In this document: piece after piece, positions 47,457 through 56,326 of the stretch
Position numbering within the stretch: position 1 is the first letter of the stretch
How the letters are laid out: every line of letters starts with the position of its first letter
Origin: Planctomycetota bacterium
Lineage (GTDB): Bacteria; Planctomycetota; SZUA-567; H5-PLA8
Length of the DNA stretch: 64,000 nt
Direction: 5' to 3'
NCBI GenBank assembly: GCA_037129555.1
Contig: JBAXUS010000007.1
Coordinates: 5,525 to 69,524 of the forward strand
Notes under the pieces: generated by a model
Told to the model about the DNA's origin: nothing
Database searches by the model: none
Seen by the model: only the letters and a program-made list of their open reading frames with translations
Translations under genes and position numbers: made by a program

Positions 47457-48356
47457 CTAATTCAACCCATGTTCCGCCATCTTGACGCGCAGGAAATCCG
47501 CCGACAGCCGCAAATGTTCCATCCCCAGCGCCACGTCTTCGCCGTCTTCAATACTGATCCAGCCGCTGAATCCCACGCCGCTCAAAATCGAGAAGATTTT
47601 ATCGTAATCGTTCAGTCCCTTACCGACTACACCATGCCGCAAAATCGGCGCGTACCCCATCGACGGATGCGCCTCCATCTTGCGCAAATCCACCGCCGTC
47701 CCGCCTTCAAAGAACCGGTCGCTCGCATGCATCGACACCACACGATGCTTCACCGCTTCGAGCAGCGCGATCGGATCGTCGCCAGCGATAATCGCATTCG
47801 ACGGATCGTAATTCACGCCGAAATTCGGCGACACCGGAATCGCGTCCAACAGCGCCAGAAACACATCCATTTTCTGCGCAAATTCCGGGAACTTCCAGAA
47901 CCCGTCTTTGTAATGATTTTCGAGAATCAACGTCACGCCTTGCTGAGCCGCAAACGGGATCAATTCACAGATAGAATCCGCCGCCAATGTGATCCCATCC
48001 GGCATCGTCACATCCGTCCGCCGCTGCCCGCTCAACACGCGACAAAACGTCCCGCCCAATTGAGCCGTCGCAATGATCGCGACCTTCTGCTTTTCAATTT
48101 CAGATTTGCGCTCGGACACGTCCGGCTTGATAAAATCCGGCGAGTAACACATCATCGGTATCGACAACCCGCGCGACGCCGCCAACGCCTTGATCCGGGC
48201 CAATTCGCTCGGATCCGTCGGCGTGAATCCCCAATAAAATTCGAGGCCATCGATGTCCAACTCGCCCGCCGCTTTGCCGATCCACTCGTCGACCGACATT
48301 GATTTATCAACACACATGGCGTTCAAATAGCACTTCGGAAATGCGGCGAGAGGCAT
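47457..48356 (-). CDS. Sugar-phosphate isomerase/epimerase (xylose-isomerase-like TIM barrel)
   Basis: LEFYW...LILENHY...SMHASD...ISIEDGED pattern. Confidence 0.72.
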   Translation of the reverse strand: MPLAAFPKCYLNAMCVDKSMSVDEWIGKAAGELDIDGLEFYWGFTPTDPSELARIKALAASRGLSIPMMCYSPDFIKPDVSERKSEIEKQKVAIIATAQLGGTFCRVLSGQRRTDVTMPDGITLAADSICELIPFAAQQGVTLILENHYKDGFWKFPEFAQKMDVFLALLDAIPVSPNFGVNYDPSNAIIAGDDPIALLEAVKHRVVSMHASDRFFEGGTAVDLRKMEAHPSMGYAPILRHGVVGKGLNDYDKIFSILSGVGFSGWISIEDGEDVALGMEHLRLSADFLRVKMAEHGLN

Positions 48357-48373
48357 GAGTAAAATTCCTGGTA

Positions 48374-48781
48374 TTAATAGTCGCGGTTACGCACCCACCA
48401 TGTTCGCACGGCCTCGCCCACATTCCAGCCGATTGCGCCGAAAAATAACATGCCGAGGAAAATGCAAAGACTGGCGAACGCGGCCTGGCTGAGTTGGCTC
48501 GAATAGCGGTAACCGTCCGGATCGTGCCGCACCAAAATGCTTGCGCGAATCATCAGCCAAGACGGCAGCCACACCGGCGAAGGCTCCCACATCGCAGACG
48601 GCACACCCATTCCCGGAGGCGGCGTATCGCCCGGAATCGGCAGCGCGTTGAAATACATCGACGCCCCGCCGTAAATTCCGCCCAGCATGATCGATGAGAA
48701 CAAAATGAAACGAAAAAGCGACAGACCCTTGGGGAGCCCGCCGCCTTCACCTGCTTTACTGATTTTAATTGGAGGTGCCAT
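48374..48781 (-). CDS. Small membrane protein, hypothetical
   Basis: 135 aa with 3-4 hydrophobic segments, 17 nt upstream of the TIM-barrel gene. Confidence 0.5.
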   Translation of the reverse strand: MAPPIKISKAGEGGGLPKGLSLFRFILFSSIMLGGIYGGASMYFNALPIPGDTPPPGMGVPSAMWEPSPVWLPSWLMIRASILVRHDPDGYRYSSQLSQAAFASLCIFLGMLFFGAIGWNVGEAVRTWWVRNRDY

Positions 48782-48803
48782 AAGTAGAGCCGATTTTTAG
48801 GAA

Positions 48804-48837
48804 GCACGGACAAGAATGAATTCATTCCTATCCGTGC
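48804..48837 (-). other. Nested palindrome/hairpin downstream of sucD
   Basis: gcacgga-caa-GAATGAATTCATTC-cta-tccgtgc. There is no U-tract on the minus strand. Confidence 0.5.
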
Positions 48838-48852
48838 CACCCGGCGTCCGAT

Positions 48853-49791
48853 TTACTTGATGCGTCCCATCTTCCGCAGCAGTGTCGCGCCCATATCCGA
48901 CGGGCTGTCGCAGACGGCAATATCCGCATCGCGCATCGCGTTCACTTTGCTCTCAGCCGTGCCGGAATTCCCGGAGACAATCGCACCCGCGTGGCCCATA
49001 CGGCGGCCCGGTGGAGCCGTGCGTCCCGCGATGAATCCAGCCACCGGCTTGGTCATGTTCTTCTTGACCCACGCCGCCGCTTCTTCTTCAGCGCTCCCGC
49101 CGATTTCGCCGATCATCATCACGCCAGCCGTCTGCGGATCCTTCTGGAACATCTCCAACACTTCGATGAAGTCCGTGCCCTTGACCGGATCGCCGCCGAT
49201 GCCGACGCACGTGCTCTGCCCACTGCCCAGCGACGTGACCTGCCACACCGCTTCGTACGTCAACGTTCCCGAGCGCGACAGAATTCCGATATCACCCTTC
49301 TTATGGATGTATCCCGGCATGATGCCAATCTTGCATTCTTCCGGCGTAATCACGCCTGGACAATTCGGTCCGATGAGGCGCACGTTCGGGCGATTCTTCA
49401 GATTCTGCATGACGCGAATCATGTCGATGACCGGAATGCCTTCGGTGATACAGCAGATCAACTTGATACCCGCGTCAGCCGCTTCAATGATCGCGTCAGC
49501 CGCGAAGGGCGGGGGAACGAAGATCATCGTGGCGTCAGCTTTTTCAGCCTTCACCGCGTCCGCAACCGTGTTGTAAATCGGCAACTTCGCGCCCGGCGAC
49601 TTCTGCTTGCCATCAAATCCGCCGCCCGTTTCAGCGTCCGGAATATCGAACGTCGTGCCACCTTTTCCAGGCGTCACGCCGCCGACCATTTTCGTACCGT
49701 AGCGGTAACAGAAAGTGGTGTGCTGTGCCCCGGACGTTCCGGTGATGCCCTGACAAATTACGCGTGTGTCTTTGTTGACGAGAATGCTCAT
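48853..49791 (-). CDS. sucD: Succinate--CoA ligase subunit alpha
   Basis: Aligns along its whole length with E. coli SucD ([18 protein letters not shown]..., [26 protein letters not shown]). It carries a roughly 19-aa insert after GKGGTT. Confidence 0.95.
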   Translation of the reverse strand: MSILVNKDTRVICQGITGTSGAQHTTFCYRYGTKMVGGVTPGKGGTTFDIPDAETGGGFDGKQKSPGAKLPIYNTVADAVKAEKADATMIFVPPPFAADAIIEAADAGIKLICCITEGIPVIDMIRVMQNLKNRPNVRLIGPNCPGVITPEECKIGIMPGYIHKKGDIGILSRSGTLTYEAVWQVTSLGSGQSTCVGIGGDPVKGTDFIEVLEMFQKDPQTAGVMMIGEIGGSAEEEAAAWVKKNMTKPVAGFIAGRTAPPGRRMGHAGAIVSGNSGTAESKVNAMRDADIAVCDSPSDMGATLLRKMGRIK

Positions 49792-50307
49792 CGATGTTTT
49801 CCCAAGATTCCATTTCGAAATTCGAACGCACCAATATAGGGTCTGCGCTCAAAAATGAAAGCGAAAACGGACCTTATTACGGAGTTCGCGTCTAGCTCTT
49901 ATCTTAGCCACGGAGTGGCAACAAGTTCAAGTAGCCGTGGTCGCAGCCCGTACCCGGGCAAGGCCACGGATCCTTTCACGCGAGCAAATTGAGCCGCGTC
50001 AGCGGCGACACCGAATCGTCAAACGAACGCAGTTTTAGCGCCAAGTACCCAATTCCGGATCCCAAACATGCACATGTGCACGGTGCCGCCCGTTCCCCAA
50101 CCACTACCTGTAGTGGTCAAAGCCCATTTTAACATTCAAAAATGTGAAACCAACACCCATTGCACAAGAATCACATTGTGCGTCAAGCGTCGCACCCAAT
50201 CCGGCCATCAAACCAACAATCGCCTCATTCAGCTTTACATACAACGTTCCAAAACCAAAAAAGGCAACACCTTTTTAAGTAAATTTCAGCCACTCATAAC
50301 GCATCAA

Positions 50308-50373
50308 CCCGAAACCCGAAACCAGAAACCAGAAACCAGAAACCAGAAACCAGAAACTAGAAACTAGAAACCC
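50308..50373. repeat. Heptanucleotide microsatellite (CCNGAAA x about 9.4)
   Basis: cccgaaa cccgaaa ccagaaa x5 ctagaaa x2 ccc, ending 6 nt from the stop codon at 50380-50382. Confidence 0.95.
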
Positions 50374-50379
50374 AATCCG

Positions 50380-51144
50380 TTAAAAATCCGTATTCGCATC
50401 CTTCAATTCCAGTTCCTTGATCCACGCGTTCCGGTACCGAACATCGTGCCCTTCACACTGCAACTTCAACCCGCCGGGCGTATCGGTGATGCCCTTGCCG
50501 CCATCATTCCCGCCATCAATCCCCGAATTCTTTCCGCCCCATACCTGATTGATCTTCACGTTCGTGTGGACTTTGACACCATTAAAGTACATCGAGACCA
50601 AAGCCTTCTCGTCCAGCTTTCCGTCTTTAAAGCGCGCGGCGCGGAAGACGATGTCGTACGAATTCCACTTACCCAACCCCGCAAATTCCTTGTACGGCGA
50701 CTCCGTCTCATTGATCACCGCACCCATCCCATGTTTCGTCTTGTCGCCTTCACAAATCTGAATCTCGTACCGGTTCTGCAAATACACGCCACTGTTTCCG
50801 CGCGGCTTCATGACCAGAAATTCGACATGCAACCGGAAGTCGCGGTACGCCTTCTTCGTGACGATATCCGCCGAACCATACTTCCCACCCGCCGCAACCG
50901 GGTCGTCGCTCATCACGACCGTGCCCTTATCCACCGGGTCCTCGACAATTTTCCATTTAATGGGCATCGCCGACTTAAACCCAGGCCCTTCCCAATAAAT
51001 CCATTTGTCATCCAACATCTGCCGCGACCCATCAATAATCACCTCCGCGCCAGCAATCGGAACCGCCCCCAACCCCATTTCACCCGCCGAAATCAAGCTG
51101 CCAACCATCGCAACGACAGCCAAACACGTCAATTTGAAATACAT
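50380..51144 (-). CDS. DUF1080 (3-keto-disaccharide hydrolase family) secreted protein
   Basis: Signal peptide from MYFKLTCLAVVAMVGSLISA (ATG 51144 preferred over TTG 51168). YRDFRLHVEF...GNSGVYLQNRYEIQI. Confidence 0.8.
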   Translation of the reverse strand: MYFKLTCLAVVAMVGSLISAGEMGLGAVPIAGAEVIIDGSRQMLDDKWIYWEGPGFKSAMPIKWKIVEDPVDKGTVVMSDDPVAAGGKYGSADIVTKKAYRDFRLHVEFLVMKPRGNSGVYLQNRYEIQICEGDKTKHGMGAVINETESPYKEFAGLGKWNSYDIVFRAARFKDGKLDEKALVSMYFNGVKVHTNVKINQVWGGKNSGIDGGNDGGKGITDTPGGLKLQCEGHDVRYRNAWIKELELKDANTDF

Positions 51145-51203
51145 AATGAACCTTTCAATAAATCCCAATCGATTTTGAAAACCTATTTTTATTTGCTTTC
51201 TGT

Positions 51204-51234
51204 CCTCTGCCGTTCCTCTGTGTCCTCTGTGGTT
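51204..51234. repeat. 31-nt CCTCTG-triplet element, copy A
   Basis: cctctgccgttcctctgtgtcctctgtggtt, 29/31 identical to 57561-57591. Confidence 0.9.
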
Positions 51235-51261
51235 TAAAGAAGTTTCGCCGTTTAATCAACT

Positions 51262-52344
51262 CTAACAAATATGCGCCCCCACCGCTTCTACATACACCGC
51301 ATACAACGACTGACTCGCCGTCATATACAACCGATTTCGTTTCGGCCCACCAAAGCACACATTGCTGCAAATCTCCGGCAGCATAATCAACCCAATCCGC
51401 TCGCCTTCCGGGCTGAACACATGCACGCCATCATATCCTTCACCGACCCAACCGCCACCGACCCAGATATTGCCATCCGTATCCGCGCGGATGCCATCCG
51501 CCATTCCGGCCACTTCTTTCCCATTCACTGTCATCTTCATCGAACAGTATTCTTTTCCAGCAGCCAATTTGTCCGTGCCGTTCAACTCATAAACACGAAT
51601 ATTCTTCGGCGCTTTCTCATAATGCGACGCCCCCGTGTCACAGACATACAACCGCTTGTAATCCGGCGAAAAGCAAATCCCATTCGGACGGAACATATCA
51701 TCGATAACTTTCGTGATCGCACCCGTCTTGCCATCAAGTCGGTAGACCGCCTCCTTCAATTCCAATTGAGCTCGATGCCCTTCATAATCCCCAGAAATAC
51801 CATATCCCGGATCCGAGAACCAAATGCCACCGTCCGGATGGACTACAATATCATTAGGAGCATTAAACGGCTTGCCTTCAAATTTATCAGCCAAGACACG
51901 TCGCGCCCCACTGTGCTCATACCGCACCACACAACGCGTATCATGTTCGCAGGATAATTGCCGGCCTTCATAATCGAATGTATTACCATTACTATAATGC
52001 GAAATGCTGCGTAGCTTACTAACATGCCCGTCTTCATCTAACCGGCGCAATTGAACATTATTCGGTATATCACTCCACATCAAATACTGCCCCCCTGCAT
52101 TCCAAGCAGGACCTTCAGCCCATCGCATGCCTGTATAAATCCGCTCAATCGCAGCGTTGCCCACCTTATATTTAGCGAACCGTTTATCCAACACGACGAT
52201 ATCCGGATCAGGGTACCGAACCATTGGAGCATTGGGACCGTAGTCGCGAGCAAATACAGCACTGGTCGCTAACGCGGACAAGCCTGCAATGAAAGAACGT
52301 CGATCAAACGGGCTCCCGCCGGAGTTCTGGTTGTGCATCCTCAT
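51262..52344 (-). CDS. SMP-30/gluconolactonase/LRE-family protein (Tat signal)
   Basis: RRSFIAGLSALATSAVFA. AEGPAW, PNDIVVHPDG, PNGICFSPD, ADGIRADTDGNIW. Confidence 0.82.
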   Translation of the reverse strand: MRMHNQNSGGSPFDRRSFIAGLSALATSAVFARDYGPNAPMVRYPDPDIVVLDKRFAKYKVGNAAIERIYTGMRWAEGPAWNAGGQYLMWSDIPNNVQLRRLDEDGHVSKLRSISHYSNGNTFDYEGRQLSCEHDTRCVVRYEHSGARRVLADKFEGKPFNAPNDIVVHPDGGIWFSDPGYGISGDYEGHRAQLELKEAVYRLDGKTGAITKVIDDMFRPNGICFSPDYKRLYVCDTGASHYEKAPKNIRVYELNGTDKLAAGKEYCSMKMTVNGKEVAGMADGIRADTDGNIWVGGGWVGEGYDGVHVFSPEGERIGLIMLPEICSNVCFGGPKRNRLYMTASQSLYAVYVEAVGAHIC

Positions 52345-52421
52345 TTTCCTTTAATGTGTTGGGTCAGGTATCCTCACCTGTACACCACGAAGCACCGACA
52401 TGAACAAAGTTTTCGTAAATC

Positions 52422-52504
52422 AAAAGAGTCGCGCGCGCAAGCAAGCGGCCAAGCTGGAGACATCCTATCAGCACGAACCGCTTGCTTGCGCGCGCGGCTC
52501 TTTT
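52422..52504. repeat. 27-bp-arm inverted repeat with a 29-nt loop
   Basis: aaaagagtcgcgcgcgcaagcaagcgg ... ccgcttgcttgcgcgcgcggctctttt, with one T/G mismatch. Confidence 0.9.
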
Positions 52505-52729
52505 AGACATCCCAAATCACGCTTGGTCACTTTGACAACATCGACACGCCGAAATGATCGAAATAATCACCATTGAATCGAAAAATCAGCTTCGTCGCAT
52601 CCAATTACTCCTTAATTCTAAATAACTTATGATTTTCACTTGAAAATGACGCGCATGTGCACACAATTTGCGTTTCGTGCTCAATACGAGTAGCCAATTC
52701 GATTATCGAGAAGACGAGGCAGGAGCGCC

Positions 52730-53707
52730 ATGTCGCAAGAATCAGTTCTGGTTGACGTGAAAAACGTCGTCAAAACCTACGGTCCGTTACGCGCGGTTGA
52801 CGATCTGACCTTCCAAATCAAAGCCGGCGAAATTGTCGGTCTGCTCGGACCCAACGGTGCCGGCAAATCCACGACCATGAAGATGCTGACCTGCTACTTG
52901 GAACCGACGCAAGGCAGTATCAAAGTCGCGGGAATCGATGTAAACGAAAATGCGGTCGGCGTTCGCCAACACATCGGCTACTTGCCTGAACACGCCCCCC
53001 TTTATACAGACATGCGAGTCAATGAATACCTCGATTTCGCCGGTCGAATTCGCGGACTCAGCAGCGCCAAACGCAAAGACCGCATCGATTGGGCCGTCAA
53101 AGCCTGCGGCCTCGAAGCCAAATACAAAGCCACCATTGGAACCCTCTCGCGTGGATACCGTCAGCGAACCGGCCTGGCTCAAGCCGTCTTGCACGATCCG
53201 GATTTGCTGATCCTCGACGAACCCACCAGCGGCCTCGACCCGATCCAATTGATCGAAATCCGCAAACTCATTCTCGAAATTGGTAAGAAGAAAACCGTCC
53301 TCTTTTCGACCCACATCATGCAGGAAGTCGAAGCCGTTTGTAACCGCGCGATCATTATCAATCGCGGCAAACTGGTCGCCGACGGAGCGCCGTCCGAACT
53401 CAAAGCACGCGCAGGCACCAATCAGAAAGTTCTGGCCCGAATTCGCGGTGCGCAAGCCGACGTTGAAAAGCAATTGAAGAACCTGCCGGACACGTCCTCC
53501 GTCGATGTTCATCCGATTCCCAATGGCAGTTGGCTGGAATGCACAATTAAGCTGAGTGAATCAGCAGCCGTGAATCCGATGAACACAGGCGAACAGGTCT
53601 CGAAACTCTGTAAAGATAATTCATGGGATGTACAGGAAATCAAGATCGAAGCGTTGACGTTGGAAGACACGTTCTTGAAAATGACAGGGCACGAGAAGTT
53701 AAAGTAA
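52730..53707 (+). CDS. ABC transporter ATP-binding protein (GldA-like)
   Basis: GPNGAGKSTT, LSRGYRQR, LILDEPTSGLD. AGGAG precedes the ATG. Confidence 0.88.
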   Translation: MSQESVLVDVKNVVKTYGPLRAVDDLTFQIKAGEIVGLLGPNGAGKSTTMKMLTCYLEPTQGSIKVAGIDVNENAVGVRQHIGYLPEHAPLYTDMRVNEYLDFAGRIRGLSSAKRKDRIDWAVKACGLEAKYKATIGTLSRGYRQRTGLAQAVLHDPDLLILDEPTSGLDPIQLIEIRKLILEIGKKKTVLFSTHIMQEVEAVCNRAIIINRGKLVADGAPSELKARAGTNQKVLARIRGAQADVEKQLKNLPDTSSVDVHPIPNGSWLECTIKLSESAAVNPMNTGEQVSKLCKDNSWDVQEIKIEALTLEDTFLKMTGHEKLK

Positions 53708-53795
53708 TTCCGTACCGCAGGCGTTGCGCCTGCATGTGTCAATACGAGCCGGCGTCAGGTCGGCGGTCCATTTAAACAGCAAGGATCAACGTAAT

Positions 53796-54518
53796 ATGGG
53801 AGCTACATTCAGCGTATTTAGGCGCGAATTCGCCGCGTATTTTAATACGCCCATCGGGTACGTATTCATGGCGTTCTTTCTGCTGGTCACGAAAGCGCTG
53901 TTTGTATCAACAATCTTTACCAATGGCTCCGCAGACATGCGCGGTTATTTCGGCCTCATGCCGATCTTCTTTCTGTTCTTCATCCCAGCCATCTCCATGC
54001 GCTTGTGGTCTGAAGAACGCAAACTCGGCACACTCGAATGGCTGCTCACGCTGCCTTTGAATGCGTGGCAAGCCGTCCTAGGAAAGTATCTCGCCGGACT
54101 GGCCTTCATCGCCGTCTTTTTGATGCTGACGCTCGACGTGCCTATCTTCATGTACATCTATGGTAATCCAGACATCGGACCCATTATCGGCGGTTATTTA
54201 GGTACCATGGTATTAGGTATGGTCTATTTAGCAATCGGAGCATTTGCGTCCAGCCTGACATCCGACCAAATCGTCGCATTCGTTGTCGCAGTAGCAATCA
54301 GTTTCATATTCTTTCTGATGGGCTACGGACCCGTGTTGGAATGGATGAAAGATATTTTCGGAGCCACCATTACAGCAGGTGTCCAGCAGTTTGGTATTGA
54401 GTATCATTTCGAAAGTGTTTGTCGCGGTGTTGTGGACACCCGCGATGCCCTGTACGCCCTGTCGATGTCCGGCGCGTTCCTGTTCATGAACTACTTGGTC
54501 GTCGATCACAGGAGATAA
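53796..54518 (+). CDS. ABC-2 type permease (GldF-like)
   Basis: FRREFAAYFNTPIGYVF N-terminus and 6 TM segments. ATG 53796 follows AAGGA. Confidence 0.8.
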   Translation: MGATFSVFRREFAAYFNTPIGYVFMAFFLLVTKALFVSTIFTNGSADMRGYFGLMPIFFLFFIPAISMRLWSEERKLGTLEWLLTLPLNAWQAVLGKYLAGLAFIAVFLMLTLDVPIFMYIYGNPDIGPIIGGYLGTMVLGMVYLAIGAFASSLTSDQIVAFVVAVAISFIFFLMGYGPVLEWMKDIFGATITAGVQQFGIEYHFESVCRGVVDTRDALYALSMSGAFLFMNYLVVDHRR

Positions 54519-54526
54519 TATACACC

Positions 54527-56326
54527 ATGATAATTGTCATTACTGTCGCCATTGTATTACTGGCATTGCTGGTGATTCCCTTGATTTACTCAGGCGATTT
54601 CGTCACGTTTTTTAAACGCTTCGGCCTGACCGTATTGATCGGCTTCGCAGGCATCTTGATGGCGGTGCTGATCAATTCGATCTCGCAAAAAGCATCGTTG
54701 CGCAGTGATTTGACCACGGATCAAAAATACAGCGTCAACCCCGGGTTGCTGAACGTCTCCAAGAAGCTCACCGACCAAGTCCAGATTGTCTATTATGTCT
54801 CGTCAAAGATTCAAGAATTTGTTCAAATCAAACTCGATTTGACGGATAAATTGAATGAAATCAAGAACGCCACCAACGGCATGATTGATTTCAAAATTGA
54901 AGATGTCGATCAAAAAGACGAGAAGCTGATGGCTGAATTAGGTACCAAAGGTTTCCTGCGACAAATTCAATCCAACAGTAATGACGAATTGAGCTTTTCA
55001 ATTCTGATCAGCGGGATGAAGATTACCTACAAGGACCTGGAAAGCGTCTACATTCCGCAGATTTACGCATCCAACGATCTGGAATACGCGCTAGGCGAAA
55101 AAATGATCGAACTTTACACCAAAGAAAAGCCGTCCGAAAAGCCCACGATTGCGCTGAATCTACCACCGTCAGGCCAAGGCTTTAATATGCCAGGAAAGCC
55201 GCAGCAGGGCAGCGGCTTCGAATGGATCGCCAATGGTGTCAGCGACAAGAAATTTGATGTCAAGCAGATTGACTTCAGCCAAAACCAACCCTTGCCAGAC
55301 AAGACCTCCTTACTCCTGATGGTTCGCCCCAAGCTGATGGACGAGCGTCAGAAGTATGAAGTTGCCAAGTATTTAGCCGAAGGCGGAAAAGTGCTCATGT
55401 TCGCCAGCCCGATTCGCGCCCTCGGCGACACGGTGGAACAGACTCCATACGGCCTCGAAAACTATTTCAAAGACATCGGGATCACGTTGGGATCAAGTGT
55501 TCTTGCCGACAAGTCCCACTTGAGCGTCTCCGTCAATCGCCGCACCTTTGAATTCCCTCCATACTTTATCCGCATCAAGCCGGAGAATATCGACCAGTCG
55601 ACATCATTGACTCGCTTGATGCCAGGCTTGTGTATGCCGACGCCGACTGAAATCTCATTCGATAAAGGTCTCTTGGATAAACAAAAGTTAGCACTAACAG
55701 TCCTTGCCAAGACGACTGAAAACAGCTGGGAGCTAAAAACAATCGGCACGACATTGGATAAGAACTCAATGCAGGAACCAGCCAAGAGTGGCACACAGAA
55801 AGTAGTATTCGCAATGATCAAAGGCCAATTCCCTTTCCCATACGAAGGCAAACCAGTGCCCGAATGGCCGGCGGCTGAAAAAGAGAAAGATAAGAAGGAC
55901 GATAAAGAGAAGGACAAGCCTAAATTGCCAGTGATTGCATCTGTGTCATCATCTAAAAAAGAAGGGACGCTAGTGCTGTGTTCGTCACCCGAAGCATTCT
56001 ACGGTCCTTACCTAGAAGAGCCAAATCTCCGCAACTTGATTCAAACAGGTAACGTCAGCATGCTGTTGAATGTGACTGAAAGCATGAGCTATGGCGATGA
56101 TTTGGTCAAGCTGCGCACCAAGAATTATGAAACACGCATCATTTCAAAGTTGTCAGGTGCAGAGAAAGAAAATCTCCGCCAGATGTGGAAATTGGCGTTG
56201 ATTGCTGGCGTCCCAGCACTGGTGTTGTTGTTCGCCGTGTACCGCTTCATGTGGCGTCGTTTGGATCAGTTGAATTACGAACGTAAATTTGCAGGCAGCA
56301 TTGGACCCTCGAGTTTCACTCCATGA
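54527..56326 (+). CDS. GldG-family ABC-transport auxiliary protein
   Basis: N- and C-terminal TM anchors around a large extracytoplasmic domain. ATG 54527 follows AGGAGA. Its position after the ABC-2 permease fits the family. Confidence 0.72.
   Translation: MIIVITVAIVLLALLVIPLIYSGDFVTFFKRFGLTVLIGFAGILMAVLINSISQKASLRSDLTTDQKYSVNPGLLNVSKKLTDQVQIVYYVSSKIQEFVQIKLDLTDKLNEIKNATNGMIDFKIEDVDQKDEKLMAELGTKGFLRQIQSNSNDELSFSILISGMKITYKDLESVYIPQIYASNDLEYALGEKMIELYTKEKPSEKPTIALNLPPSGQGFNMPGKPQQGSGFEWIANGVSDKKFDVKQIDFSQNQPLPDKTSLLLMVRPKLMDERQKYEVAKYLAEGGKVLMFASPIRALGDTVEQTPYGLENYFKDIGITLGSSVLADKSHLSVSVNRRTFEFPPYFIRIKPENIDQSTSLTRLMPGLCMPTPTEISFDKGLLDKQKLALTVLAKTTENSWELKTIGTTLDKNSMQEPAKSGTQKVVFAMIKGQFPFPYEGKPVPEWPAAEKEKDKKDDKEKDKPKLPVIASVSSSKKEGTLVLCSSPEAFYGPYLEEPNLRNLIQTGNVSMLLNVTESMSYGDDLVKLRTKNYETRIISKLSGAEKENLRQMWKLALIAGVPALVLLFAVYRFMWRRLDQLNYERKFAGSIGPSSFTP

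Noticed and set aside
49952-49966. The string cccgggcaaggccac, which is reminiscent of an RNase P RNA segment.
   Set aside because: No GAGGAAAGUCC-type P4 motif or other conserved RNase P blocks occur within several hundred nt. It is treated as coincidence.
49906-49969. Three CCACGG/CCGTGG/CCACGG boxes that could form alternative hairpins, as in an attenuator.
   Set aside because: The stems are only 6 bp, with no supporting extension, leader peptide or U-tract. They are mentioned only as part of the larger non-coding region.
50068-50367. A 99-aa ORF ending in QKPETRNQKPETRNQKPETRN.
   Set aside because: The C-terminus is simply the heptamer microsatellite read in frame. There is no RBS and the composition is not coding-like.
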